Shown here one piece after another: positions 1-9,027 of a DNA stretch of 64,000 nt. Each line of letters opens with the position of its first letter. The first letter of the stretch is position 1. Made by a program: the position numbers and the translations under genes. Location of the stretch: contig JABFXB010000019.1 in the NCBI GenBank assembly GCA_013361975.1, forward strand, positions 9,731-73,730, given 5' to 3'. The DNA comes from Dermatophilaceae bacterium. Its GTDB lineage: Bacteria; Actinomycetota; Actinomycetes; Actinomycetales; Dermatophilaceae. The notes under the pieces were generated by a model that saw only the letters and a program-made list of their open reading frames with translations, was not told the origin of the DNA and made no database searches.

Positions 1-412
1 AGGCGACGCCGAGCAGCGGCGCACCGCCCAGCCCGGTGGGTGGGCGCCACCGGGGCGTCAGCGACCAGGAGCGGCCGACCCCGAGAGAGACCAGGGCGGT
101 GATGACGACGACCGCGCCGCTGACTCGCAGAAGGCCGGACTGGTGTTCCTGCAGCGTCAGGGACGCGGCCGCGACGATCCCGGCGCCGACGAGGAAGACG
201 GTGCTGAAGCCGAGCACGAACAGCAGCGCCCCCAGGACCATCCGACCGCGGCGGCGGTCAGCGAGCGGCTGGTCGGACAGCCCGGTCACGTACCCGAGGA
301 AGCCGGGAACGAGCGGCAGCACGCACGGGGACGCGAACGAGACGACGCCAGCGAGCGCGGCGACGCCGAGTGCCACCAGGACCGGGGCGGCCGTCAGGTC
401 GGTGGGCGTCAT
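1..412 (-). CDS. ccdA: Cytochrome c biogenesis protein CcdA (runs off the left edge of the window)
   Basis: Not in the ORF track. Manual translation from ATG 412 gives MTPTDLTAAPVLVALGVAALAGVVSFASPCVLPLVPGFLGYVTG, the CcdA/DsbD-beta motif. ATGA overlap with the upstream tlpA stop. Confidence 0.92.
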   Translation of the reverse strand, partial: MTPTDLTAAPVLVALGVAALAGVVSFASPCVLPLVPGFLGYVTGLSDQPLADRRRGRMVLGALLFVLGFSTVFLVGAGIVAAASLTLQEHQSGLLRVSGAVVVITALVSLGVGRSWSLTPRWRPPTGLGGAPLLGVA

Positions 413-1026
413 CCGGCCCGCACGTCCTCGACGAGCCCGCCCAGCGTCGCGGCGGTCACCGGCCCGAGCACGCGGGCCGCGATCCGGTGCTGGCGGTCCA
501 GGACCAACGTCGTCGGGGTGGCGGCGGCCTTGCCGTTGAGCGACAGCATCCGCTGCCCCCCGTCGTAGGCGAGCGACGGGTACGGGACGTGGTTCGCGCG
601 GATGAACGCGAGAGCGGACTCGGGGCCCTCCTTGGTGTCCAGCCCGATGAACGCGACGTCCTGGTACCGGGCGGTCAGGGTCCGGTAGGCCTTCTCGAGC
701 GCGGGGGTCTCGGTGATGCACGGCGGGCACCACGAGCCCCACACGTTGACGACGACGACCTGACCGGAGTGCTCCTGCAGCGACCAGGTGCGCCCGTCGA
801 CGGTCGGTCCGGCCAGGGCCAGGGCCGGGCCGCGGTCGGCGGCGTCGACCCGTTCGACGCTGCCGTCGCCGGAGACGTACCCCTTCCGGTCCCCGGAGCG
901 GGCTTGCGCCGCGACGGAGCTCGCCCCCGACGTGCCGCACCCGGCCGTCGTGACGAGCACGGCCACGCCCGTGGCCACCCACGCCAGGCGGGCACCGGGG
1001 ACGTGTCGCCGGCGGAGGCCGTTCAC
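409..1026 (-). CDS. TlpA/ResA-family thiol-disulfide oxidoreductase lipoprotein
   Basis: VVVNVWGSWCPPC active site, TPTTLVLDR cis-Pro loop, lipobox TTAGC, adjacent to ccdA. Confidence 0.92.
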   Translation of the reverse strand: MNGLRRRHVPGARLAWVATGVAVLVTTAGCGTSGASSVAAQARSGDRKGYVSGDGSVERVDAADRGPALALAGPTVDGRTWSLQEHSGQVVVVNVWGSWCPPCITETPALEKAYRTLTARYQDVAFIGLDTKEGPESALAFIRANHVPYPSLAYDGGQRMLSLNGKAAATPTTLVLDRQHRIAARVLGPVTAATLGGLVEDVRAG

Positions 1027-2024
1027 GATGGGTCTCCCGCCCGTGATGACGCGGACCCGGGCGCTGCCTGGTTGCTCTCGGCTGCGGGTTCAGCTTCGCC
1101 CTCGAGTGGGGTCTGCGCGTCGCGGGACGGGCGCGTCATCGTCCGGCGGCGGAGCCGAGCCGCGGTGGTGACGAGCCACGCGGCTGCGGCCGTCACGACG
1201 ACCGCGGCGATGAGCTGGGTGCCGGTCAGGCCGGCGAAGGGTCGTTCGTCGATCCCGCGTGCCGCGTCGAGGGCCAGGCGTTGCCCGGCGTAGAGCAGCG
1301 CGAAGATGCTGATCGCGACGCCGGGCATCGGCCGGATCCAGCGGGAGGCCAGGACGAGCAGGAGCGCGATCGCGGCGGCGGCGAGCAGGTCGTAGGCGGG
1401 GGTGAGGTGGTAGGCGCAGCCCGCGTAGAACGCGCCCGGGTCCGTGCAGCTCTCGCCGAGACCCGGGGCCCGGGCCGGACTGGGGGAGAAGCCGGGTGCG
1501 AGGACCGAGCCGGGCTGGACCAGGTATCCGATGCCCCACGTGCCGGTCAGCGGCCGCCCGAGGTGGTCCCCGAGGAGCAGGTCACCGATCCGACCCACCG
1601 CGATCCCGGCCGCGAGCGGGGCCGCTGCGGCGTCCAGGACCGGCAGGACCGGGACGCGGCGCCGGCGCAGCACGATGAGTGCGCCGGCCACGCCGCCGAG
1701 CAGGCCGCCGAAGAGGGCCATGCCGCCGCGCCAGACCTCGAGCATCTGCCACAGCGAGGTGAACTGGGTCGGGTGCGAGATGACGTAGTCGACGCGTGCG
1801 CCGACCAGCCCGGCTGGGATGGCCCACATGACGGCCGCCTCGGCTGCGCCGACGTCGAGGCCCCGGCGCTGCAGCGTCCGGCGCAGCAGGGCCCAGGCGA
1901 GCACGATCCCCACTGCGGACAGCAGCCCGTGGGGTGAGATGCCGAGCACGGTCGGCACGGTCGGGTAGCTCCACTCGGCTGCGGGCGGCGCCGCTGCCGC
2001 TGCGGCAGTCGCGGCCGTCAGCAC
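1023..2024 (-). CDS. lgt: Prolipoprotein diacylglyceryl transferase (divergent Lgt)
   Basis: GLVGARVDYV, WRGGMALFGG, LDAAAAPLAAGIAVGRIGDLLLGD, HLTPAYD and YAGQRLALD motifs; multi-TM protein. Confidence 0.85.
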   Translation of the reverse strand: MLTAATAAAAAAPPAAEWSYPTVPTVLGISPHGLLSAVGIVLAWALLRRTLQRRGLDVGAAEAAVMWAIPAGLVGARVDYVISHPTQFTSLWQMLEVWRGGMALFGGLLGGVAGALIVLRRRRVPVLPVLDAAAAPLAAGIAVGRIGDLLLGDHLGRPLTGTWGIGYLVQPGSVLAPGFSPSPARAPGLGESCTDPGAFYAGCAYHLTPAYDLLAAAAIALLLVLASRWIRPMPGVAISIFALLYAGQRLALDAARGIDERPFAGLTGTQLIAAVVVTAAAAWLVTTAARLRRRTMTRPSRDAQTPLEGEAEPAAESNQAAPGSASSRAGDPS

Positions 2025-2104
2025 GTCACGTCCACAACGATCGTCGTCTCAGGCTTGGACGGAGTCTCTGTTTGGGGCCTGTTCTCACTCACGTGTCGGG
2101 CCGG

Positions 2105-2749
2105 TCAGGTCAGGCTCTTCATGGTGGCGATCTCGTCGGTCTGCGCCTTGACGACGGCCTCCGCGAGGGCCTTGACCTCCGGGTTCTGCGTGGTGGAGAG
2201 GACCTGCTTGGCCATGGTGATGGCTCCGTCGTGGTGCTCGGTCATCATCGTGACCCACTGCGTGTCGAACGCGGCCCCGTCCGCGGCCTTGAGAGCGTCC
2301 ATGTCGGCCTGCGTCATCATGCCCTGGCCGGACATGCCCGCCATGCCTTCGTGGCTCATCCCGTCGGTGGGCAGCGGCGCGCCCCAGGCCTGGAGCCAGC
2401 CGCGCATCCTCTGGATCTCGGGGTCCTGACCGGCCTTGATCTGCGTCGCCAGCGCTCGGACCTGAGCGGAGGCGGCCGGCTTCCCCAGGGCGATGTCGGC
2501 CATCTCGACGGCCTGCTCGTGGTGCGGGATCATCATCTGCGCGAACGTCACGTCGCCGGCCGTGGACGCGCCGGCCGTCGCGGTAGAGGTCGTCGCGCCT
2601 GCGGTCGGCATGCTGGACATGCCCGACGAACCGTGGTCCATGCCCGGCATCGAGCCGGTCGAGCCGGTCGAGCCGGAGCAGGCGGTGAGAGCGCCGGCTA
2701 CCAGGAGGGCCCCAGCGGCGGGGATGAGACGACGGATGGACGAACGCAT
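2105..2749 (-). CDS. DUF305 (CopM-like) Met/His-rich metal-binding lipoprotein
   Basis: DVTFAQMMIPHHEQAVEMA and MMTEHHDGAITMA repeats; lipobox LTAC; GAGGAG RBS before ATG 2749. Confidence 0.92.
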   Translation of the reverse strand: MRSSIRRLIPAAGALLVAGALTACSGSTGSTGSMPGMDHGSSGMSSMPTAGATTSTATAGASTAGDVTFAQMMIPHHEQAVEMADIALGKPAASAQVRALATQIKAGQDPEIQRMRGWLQAWGAPLPTDGMSHEGMAGMSGQGMMTQADMDALKAADGAAFDTQWVTMMTEHHDGAITMAKQVLSTTQNPEVKALAEAVVKAQTDEIATMKSLT

Positions 2750-2875
2750 GCAGTAACTCCTCAAGGACGTGTACGGGTTGGGCGGCTCGGCGAGGCGAGC
2801 GTTCAGCCAGCCCGTGGGACGTCTTCATCGACAGACAACGAGATACGACCCTCGCGGAGGCGGACCGACGAACGG

Positions 2876-2906
2876 TCAGGGTTCCATGAAGGTTTGATGA
2901 AGAAGG
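2876..2906 (+). promoter_or_regulatory. CopR-like box (three half-sites) upstream of the DUF305 gene
   Basis: TCAGGGTTC-ca-TGAAGGTTT-ga-TGAAGAAGG, 11-bp period. Confidence 0.75.
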
Positions 2907-3035
2907 CTTGGCGCCACCCGGGACCGGGCTGACGCTGCACCTTCTGCACCTGCCGCACCTGCCGCACCATGGCGGGCGGGCGGTTCAACGGTGGGTCGGA
3001 GCGGGGATGGCGCGAACGGCTTCGTTCGCTCGCCC

Positions 3036-3458
3036 CTAACCGCCTGCGTGGCCCCGGCGTCGGATCCACCAGGGCTGCCGGGCGCGCGGCGCCGGGCCGG
3101 GACCAAGACTGGGTCGCGGCTCACGCGGCTGGCGGTGTTCGAGCGCCAGCCGCTCGGCTGCCCGGTCGACCCGGCCTTCCCAGAACAGAGGAAGCTGGGC
3201 GACCCGGGTCCGTTGGGCGATCATCACGGCCGCGAAGAGCAGGATGGTGGCGAGGACGACAGCGGTGAGGTCCGCGCCGTCGCGTGCCAGGTGCGGACGC
3301 GCCGCCGGCAGCAGCGGCGCGCTGACGCCGAGCCAGCCGGCGCGCCGCTGGGTGTCGCGGGCGAGCCGGAACGCGAGGCTCGCCACGAGCGCTGCGGCTG
3401 CGGTGATGAGCAGCGTGAGGGGGACGAGGGTGTGGGCGGGGATCCCGGACGGGGTCAC
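3036..3458 (-). CDS. Hypothetical membrane protein
   Basis: Two hydrophobic segments; GTGA overlap with the upstream small gene. Confidence 0.45.
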   Translation of the reverse strand: MTPSGIPAHTLVPLTLLITAAAALVASLAFRLARDTQRRAGWLGVSAPLLPAARPHLARDGADLTAVVLATILLFAAVMIAQRTRVAQLPLFWEGRVDRAAERLALEHRQPREPRPSLGPGPAPRARQPWWIRRRGHAGG

Positions 3459-3697
3459 TTTTTCCGCTTGGGTTCGGTCTGGCCGGCGAGCCACACACCG
3501 GCCATGAAGACGAGCCCGGCAACCGGGTAGCCGGCCGCGAGGTCGGTCCAGCCGGACGGGCTGCCGGCCAGGTGCAGCACGAGGTGGACCAGGGCGATGG
3601 TGGCGCCGACCACCATGAGCACCTGCCCGTAGCGGACGCGGCGCCGGTACCGGCTGTAGGCCTCGAACGGGTCAGCTGTGGACGACGAGGGTGGCAA
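3455..3697 (-). CDS. Small two-TM hypothetical membrane protein
   Basis: RRRVRYGQVLMVVGATIALVHLVLHL...GYPVAGLVFMAGVWL; AAGGAG RBS upstream. Confidence 0.7.
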   Translation of the reverse strand: MPPSSSTADPFEAYSRYRRRVRYGQVLMVVGATIALVHLVLHLAGSPSGWTDLAAGYPVAGLVFMAGVWLAGQTEPKRKK

Positions 3698-3829
3698 CGG
3701 GGTCTCCTTCGGTTTCGGTTCCGGTCGTGGACGCCCCGGGCCGGCAACGCGGCGTGCGCCGGGGCCGGGTCTCGGGCGTTCCGTGGTGGGCGGCGGCGAC
3801 CGGTGGGGGTTCCCACCGGCGTCGGGTGC

Positions 3830-4723
3830 CTAGAGCAGGGCTGTGGTCCGGGCGCCCAGGTCGTCGGTGCGAAGGACCTGGGTGCCGACCACGACGAGGA
3901 CCTCGAGCTGTTCCGCGCTCGGCTGGGACGCGGTGACTGCAGCGACCTCTCCGACGCTGCGGGGTCCGACGGTCCAGCTGACGCCGGCGTCCCGGCTGAC
4001 GACCAGGACGCCGGTGGTGCTGGCGCCGACGACGGTCCCGGGTCCGGCCCAGTCGACCGTCACGAGCAGCTGCGGGGTGGGCACGGTCCGCCATGTCAGC
4101 CCGCGGTCGGTCGAGGCCAGCAGGCCCCGTTCGGTGGTGGCCAGGACGGTCCCGTCGGGCCCGGCGGCGAGGTCGCGCGGCGGCGCCGGGATTCTCCGGT
4201 CCTGCCAGGTGACCCGGTCCGGGCTGTACCGCAGGGCCTCGTCGAAGGCCAGCGCTCCCGAGCCGAGTGCGGTCAGGGCGTGGAAGTCGGACTGGCCGCC
4301 GCGGGAGCGCTGCGCCCAGGTCCGGCCTCGATCGGTGGACTGGATCAGCCCGACGGGTTGCGGGAGGTCGCTTCCCGGGGCGGGGTGACCGGAGGCCAGG
4401 TAGGTCCCGTCGGCGGCGATGTCGAAGCCCATCAGGTCGATGGGTGGGCCGACCGCGGTGAGCTGGCCGGCTGCGCCCAGCTGGAACAGCCCCTGGTGGG
4501 TCGCGAGCAGGATCGTGTCCCGGTCGCGTATCGCTCGGTGGATGTGCGTGATCGCGACGTCACCGGTCCCGTCACCGGTCCCGCTTTCGCCGCCCGCGGG
4601 CCCGTCGGGTCGGCTGGGGTCCGTTGACCCGGCCGCCGAGCTGCTGCAGGCGGTGAGGACGCCGACGGCGGCCAGCGGCAGCCCCGTGAGGAGCAGCCGT
4701 CGGGGGATGGTCGGGCGCGTCAC
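3830..4723 (-). CDS. BNR/Asp-box beta-propeller lipoprotein (F510_1955-like), co-transcribed with the multicopper oxidase
   Basis: Real part of ORF 3830..5836 from GTG 4723 (GTGA overlap). Lipobox LTAC; HIH, ATHQGL, DLMGF, ASGHP and DFHAL motifs; STDRGRTW/STDRGLTW/SRDAGVSW Asp-boxes. Confidence 0.85.
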   Translation of the reverse strand: MTRPTIPRRLLLTGLPLAAVGVLTACSSSAAGSTDPSRPDGPAGGESGTGDGTGDVAITHIHRAIRDRDTILLATHQGLFQLGAAGQLTAVGPPIDLMGFDIAADGTYLASGHPAPGSDLPQPVGLIQSTDRGRTWAQRSRGGQSDFHALTALGSGALAFDEALRYSPDRVTWQDRRIPAPPRDLAAGPDGTVLATTERGLLASTDRGLTWRTVPTPQLLVTVDWAGPGTVVGASTTGVLVVSRDAGVSWTVGPRSVGEVAAVTASQPSAEQLEVLVVVGTQVLRTDDLGARTTALL

Positions 4724-6393
4724 TGCTGGTACCGCAGCTCGAGCATCATGCCGGCCTCCGCGTGGTAGATGTTGTGACAGTGGGTCATCCACGATCCGAC
4801 GTTGTCCGCGTCGATCTCGATCGGCAGCGACTGCATCGGCCGGAGCAGGACCGTGTCCTTGCGCAGGCCGGAGCCTGCGACCGCGAACGTGTGCCCATGC
4901 ACGTGGTACGGGTGGGCCATCATCGTCTGGTTGACCAGGTTCAACCGGACCCGCTGCCCGTGACGGACCAGCACCGGGTCGTTGCGCCCGTACGGGGCCC
5001 CGTTGATCCCCCACGCGTACGGGCTCATCTGCCCGGTCAGCGCGACGGGCGCGGTGACGTCCGGCTGGCGCGCAGCCAGCCGCGCGGACTCGGCCGGCTG
5101 CAGCTGCGAGCCGATCAGGGCCGGCCCGGTGAGCTGGTCCGGGCGCACGGTCGCCGCCGGTGGTGTCCCGTTCGGCGACGTGCGCAGCACCGCCATCGCC
5201 TGCCCGGTCTTGCCGAACGGGACCGCCACGAAGGGGAACACTCCGTCCTTGACGGTGACGACCGCGTCGTAGCGTTCGCCCATCCCGAGGTGCAGGGCCC
5301 GGGTCCGGGTCGGTTGCACGGCGAACCCGTCGCTGTGCGTGATGGTCAGGTCGTGCCCGCCGAGGGCGACGGTGAAGATCGTGTCCGCGGCGGCGTTGAT
5401 GATCCGCAACCGGACCCGTTGACCGGGGCGGGCTCGCAGCTGCGTGGGCGCGGTCGGGACGCGCCCGTTGACCAGGTAGTGCGGGTAGGTGACGTCGCCG
5501 GCATCTCCGAACGGTTCGGGCCCCATCTGCATCCCGCCCATGGAACCGCCCATGGAACCACCCATGGAACCGGACGGGGTCCCGGTCGCGGTGCCCCCCA
5601 TCGAGCCCATCGAGCCTGTAGAGCCCTGGTCCATCCCCGACATGCCCGACATTCCTGACATCCCTGACATCCCTGTCATGCCCGTCGTCCCTGACATGCC
5701 GGTCATGCCGGTCATGCCGGTCATGCCGGTCATGCCGGTCATGCCGGTCATGCCCGTGCCGGACTTGAGGTCGGCGAGCACCTGCTCCGGGGTCCGGCCG
5801 GTTCCGTCGATCCAGTCGTCCAGCACGAGGACCCATTCGGCGTCGTACGTGCCGGGCTCGGCGGGGTCATCGACGATCAGCGGGGCGTACAGGCCCCGGT
5901 CGAGCTGGACTCCCACGTGCGGGTGGTAGAAGTACGTGCCGGGGTCGGGCGCGGTGAACGCGTACGTGTACCCGGCGCCGCGCTGAACCGGGTCCTGGGT
6001 CAGACCGGGGACGCCGTCGGCAGCGTTGGCCAGCCGGATCCCGTGCCAGTGCACCGTGGTCTCCGCGGGGAGCTGGTTGTCCAGCCGGACCCGGATCAGG
6101 TCGCCGGCGTTGGCGCGGATCAGGGGACCGGGGACCGAGTCGTCGTAGGTCCAGGTCGACACGACGGGCCCGCCCAGGTCGACGGTGGACACCTTGGGGG
6201 TGAGGACCTTCTCGACGACCCGCTGCCCACGGGTGGGCGTGACGGCTGGACCGGTCCCGAAGGCCCGTCCGGGTGTCGGGGCGCCGGTGGCGCCTGGAGT
6301 GTTCGGGCCGGTGGTGGTGCAGGCGGCCAGGGCTGCGGCGGACCCCGCCCCGCCCAGGCCGAGGAGCAGGGTGCGTCGAGAGATGGTGCTCAT
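4720..6393 (-). CDS. Multicopper oxidase, Tat-exported lipoprotein with a Met-rich insertion
   Basis: SRRTLL Tat motif and LAAC lipobox; Cu ligands HWHG, YFYHPH, HPYHVHGH, HCHNIYHAEAGMM. Confidence 0.96.
   Translation of the reverse strand: MSTISRRTLLLGLGGAGSAAALAACTTTGPNTPGATGAPTPGRAFGTGPAVTPTRGQRVVEKVLTPKVSTVDLGGPVVSTWTYDDSVPGPLIRANAGDLIRVRLDNQLPAETTVHWHGIRLANAADGVPGLTQDPVQRGAGYTYAFTAPDPGTYFYHPHVGVQLDRGLYAPLIVDDPAEPGTYDAEWVLVLDDWIDGTGRTPEQVLADLKSGTGMTGMTGMTGMTGMTGMTGMSGTTGMTGMSGMSGMSGMSGMDQGSTGSMGSMGGTATGTPSGSMGGSMGGSMGGMQMGPEPFGDAGDVTYPHYLVNGRVPTAPTQLRARPGQRVRLRIINAAADTIFTVALGGHDLTITHSDGFAVQPTRTRALHLGMGERYDAVVTVKDGVFPFVAVPFGKTGQAMAVLRTSPNGTPPAATVRPDQLTGPALIGSQLQPAESARLAARQPDVTAPVALTGQMSPYAWGINGAPYGRNDPVLVRHGQRVRLNLVNQTMMAHPYHVHGHTFAVAGSGLRKDTVLLRPMQSLPIEIDADNVGSWMTHCHNIYHAEAGMMLELRYQQ
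5695..5748. repeat. 9-bp tandem repeat (CATGCCGGT x6) encoding (Gly-Met-Thr)n
   Basis: Six perfect copies read directly, with degenerate copies continuing toward ~5520. Confidence 0.95.
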
Positions 6394-6722
6394 GATGAGT
6401 GGTGGCGGTCCTTCGTCGGATCGGGAACGGTCAGGGGGGACCGCGGCGCGGCCGCGGTCGGGGACGGCGCCGGTCGGTCCGGGTGTGCGGCCAGCCCGGT
6501 CAACGCGGTCCGGCGCTGCTCGTACTCCTCGAGGGTGATCTCACCGCGGGCCAGCCGGTCAGCCAGGACGTGTAGCGGGCTCGGGACCACCGCGGCTCCG
6601 GACTCGGGGGCGCGGTCGTGGAAGATGGCGCGCACGAGCATGGCGACCAGAACCCAGAAGCCGAGGGTGCCTGCGACCATGAGCAGCCACATCCCGGGTC
6701 CCATCCCGGAGGTCCACATCAT
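6390..6722 (-). CDS. SHOCT-domain membrane protein
   Basis: MMWTSGMGPGMWLLM TM segment, then LADRLARGEITLEEYEQRR; GAGGAGG RBS. Confidence 0.88.
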   Translation of the reverse strand: MMWTSGMGPGMWLLMVAGTLGFWVLVAMLVRAIFHDRAPESGAAVVPSPLHVLADRLARGEITLEEYEQRRTALTGLAAHPDRPAPSPTAAAPRSPLTVPDPTKDRHHSS

Positions 6723-6887
6723 GTCGTTCCTCCTCTTCAGCCTCGCCGGACGACGTGCCCGACGGCGGCTCGCGCCGACGAGGCGGCCGCTGCGGCGCCG
6801 TCCGTGGCGCGCGGCGGGACGCTCGGTGCGCCCGTTGTCCGCATGTCCAGACTCAGCCGGGGGAGTTGGGGTTCGACCCACGTTTCA

Positions 6888-6907
6888 TGAAGATCCAACG
6901 AAGGTTC
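6888..6907 (+). promoter_or_regulatory. CopR-like box in the divergent SHOCT-mco / regulator promoter
   Basis: TGAAGATCC-aa-CGAAGGTTC. Confidence 0.75.
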
Positions 6908-6964
6908 GCGCCTTTGGCCGTGCACGGTGACCCGGCCCGAGTCGGGGCGTGGACACTGGCGGGC

Positions 6965-7690
6965 ATGAGCAGTCCGGCCACCGAGTTCTCTCCCGCGCGC
7001 GTCCTCGTCGTCGACGACGAACGCTCCCTTGCCGCGCTGGTCGGCACCTACCTGACGGAGGCGGGCTTCGCGCCGGCGCTGGTCCATTCGGGACCTGACG
7101 CGGTCGCGGCAGCGCGTCAGCAGGCACCGGACGTCATGATCCTCGACCTCGGCCTGCCGGGCCTGGACGGCGTGGAAGTGTGCCGGCAGGTCCGCACCTT
7201 CAGCGACTGCTACATCATCATGCTGACCGCGCGCTCGCACGAGACTGACAAGCTCATCGGCCTGTCCGTCGGCGCTGACGACTACCTCACGAAGCCGTTC
7301 AGCCCGCGCGAGCTGGTGGCCCGGGTCCAGACGGTGCTGCGTCGTCCACGTCCGGCGCGCCCTGACGAGTCCCGCGGGCGACCTGAAATGGTGAGCATGT
7401 TTGGGCCGCTGCGGATCGACCACGAGAGCCGCGAGGTGAGCGTGGACGGGGAACCGGTCGCCCTGACGCGGACCGAGTTCGACATCGTCGCGGTCCTGAG
7501 CGAACGGCCGAACCTGGCCTGGTCGCGGCGGCAGCTCATCGACGAGGTGTGGGACGCGGCCTGGGTCGGGGACGAGCACATCGTCGATGTGCACATTGCG
7601 CACCTGCGCCGAAAGTTCGGCGACGACTCGACCAACCCGCGCTTCATCACCACCGTGCGCGGCGTCGGGTACCGGATGGGACGCGGATGA
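6965..7690 (+). CDS. OmpR-family response regulator 1 (CopR-like)
   Basis: VLVVDD, ILDLGLPGLDG, GADDYLTKPF and TVRGVGYR; ATG 6965 follows a -10-like GACACT, likely leaderless. Confidence 0.95.
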   Translation: MSSPATEFSPARVLVVDDERSLAALVGTYLTEAGFAPALVHSGPDAVAAARQQAPDVMILDLGLPGLDGVEVCRQVRTFSDCYIIMLTARSHETDKLIGLSVGADDYLTKPFSPRELVARVQTVLRRPRPARPDESRGRPEMVSMFGPLRIDHESREVSVDGEPVALTRTEFDIVAVLSERPNLAWSRRQLIDEVWDAAWVGDEHIVDVHIAHLRRKFGDDSTNPRFITTVRGVGYRMGRG

Positions 7691-9027
7691 GCCCGCGGGT
7701 CACCGGCGGCGAGCGTCCCGGGGCCGGGTCGCGGCGGCTCGGGTCGGTGGGCGGGCCCGGATGGTCGCGCGCCCGTTGGTCCTGGGGGAGCCAGAGCCTG
7801 GCAACGAGGCTCATGGTGGCCCTGTTGGCGGTGCTCGTGGCGAGCATCGTCACGGCCGCGGTAGTCGCGGCCCTGCTGGGGCCACCGATCTTTCACGAGC
7901 ACCTGATCCGAGCGGGTCATCCGGCGGACTCGCCCGAGCTCGGTCACATCGAGGAGGCGTTCCGCGACAGTAGCCTCACGTCCTTGGGCATCGCCCTCGT
8001 CGTGGCCCTCGGGTGCGCGTCCGTCGTGGCCTGGTACCTCAGCGGTCGACTGCAGGCACCCTTGGGGGCGCTGACCCGTGCAGCGCGGGAAGTCTCCCGG
8101 GGGCACTACGACCGTCGGGTGGCCGTCACGGGCGCCAGCCGTGAACTGGACACGCTGGCCGAGGCGTTCAACACCATGGCCGCCCGGCTCGAGCAGGTCG
8201 AGGACACCCGCCGGCAGCTGCTGTCGGACCTGGCCCACGAGATGCGTACCCCGGTCGCGACGGTCCGCGCGTACAGCGAGGGCCTGCAGGACGGTGTCGT
8301 GGGCTGGGACGATCACGTCGCGGCGGTCCTGCTCGACCAGAGCGACCGGCTGGGCCGGCTGGCCGAGGACCTCGATGACGTGTCCCGCGCCGAGGAGGGA
8401 CGCATCCCGCTGGACCTGCGTCCCTGCCGCGTCGCGGACCTGGTGTGGGCAGCTGCGGACGCGGCCCGCGCCGCGTACCAGCTCAAGGGCGTCAACCTGG
8501 TGGTCGACGCGGGGCCGGCCGCCGGGACGACGGTGAGTGTCGACCCGCAACGGTTCGGGCAGATCGGCGCCAACTTGCTCGGCAACGCGCTACGGCACAC
8601 CCCGGCGGGAGGCACCGTGACCGTCGCTGCCGCCCCGGTCGATGCCGAGGTCGCGATCGACGTGCGTGACAACGGCGACGGCATCGCTGCCGAGCAGCTG
8701 CCGCACGTCTTCGAACGGTTCTACCGCGGTGACACGGCCCGGGACCGGGAACACGGCGGCTCCGGGATCGGTCTGACCATCAGCAAGGCCGTCGCGGACG
8801 CTCTCGGCGGCTCGCTCACCGCTGCCAGCCGCGGTCTCGGGCACGGTGCAACGTTCACGGTCACGCTGCCCACGCTGCCCGCTCGACCCGCCACCCCAGC
8901 CAGCGCCGACGCCGGGACCACGGCCCAGGCGGGCCTCGCGACCGACGCCGCCATTGAGACGGCACGACCCACGGGGCCGCCCACGGAGCGGCCTGCGGAG
9001 CCCTCAGATCCTCAGGAGATGCGATGA
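7687..9027 (+). CDS. HAMP sensor histidine kinase 1 (CopS-like)
   Basis: Two TMs with His-containing sensor loop (IFHEHL..HIEEAF), DLAHEMRTP H-box, NALRH, GSGIGL; ATGA overlap with the regulator. Confidence 0.95.
   Translation: MSPRVTGGERPGAGSRRLGSVGGPGWSRARWSWGSQSLATRLMVALLAVLVASIVTAAVVAALLGPPIFHEHLIRAGHPADSPELGHIEEAFRDSSLTSLGIALVVALGCASVVAWYLSGRLQAPLGALTRAAREVSRGHYDRRVAVTGASRELDTLAEAFNTMAARLEQVEDTRRQLLSDLAHEMRTPVATVRAYSEGLQDGVVGWDDHVAAVLLDQSDRLGRLAEDLDDVSRAEEGRIPLDLRPCRVADLVWAAADAARAAYQLKGVNLVVDAGPAAGTTVSVDPQRFGQIGANLLGNALRHTPAGGTVTVAAAPVDAEVAIDVRDNGDGIAAEQLPHVFERFYRGDTARDREHGGSGIGLTISKAVADALGGSLTAASRGLGHGATFTVTLPTLPARPATPASADAGTTAQAGLATDAAIETARPTGPPTERPAEPSDPQEMR

Noticed and set aside
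4724-5836. His/Asp/Arg-repeat N-terminal extension (HDRHDR..) of ORF 3830..5836
   Set aside because: Alternative frame of the oxidase Met repeat; the real gene starts at GTG 4723.
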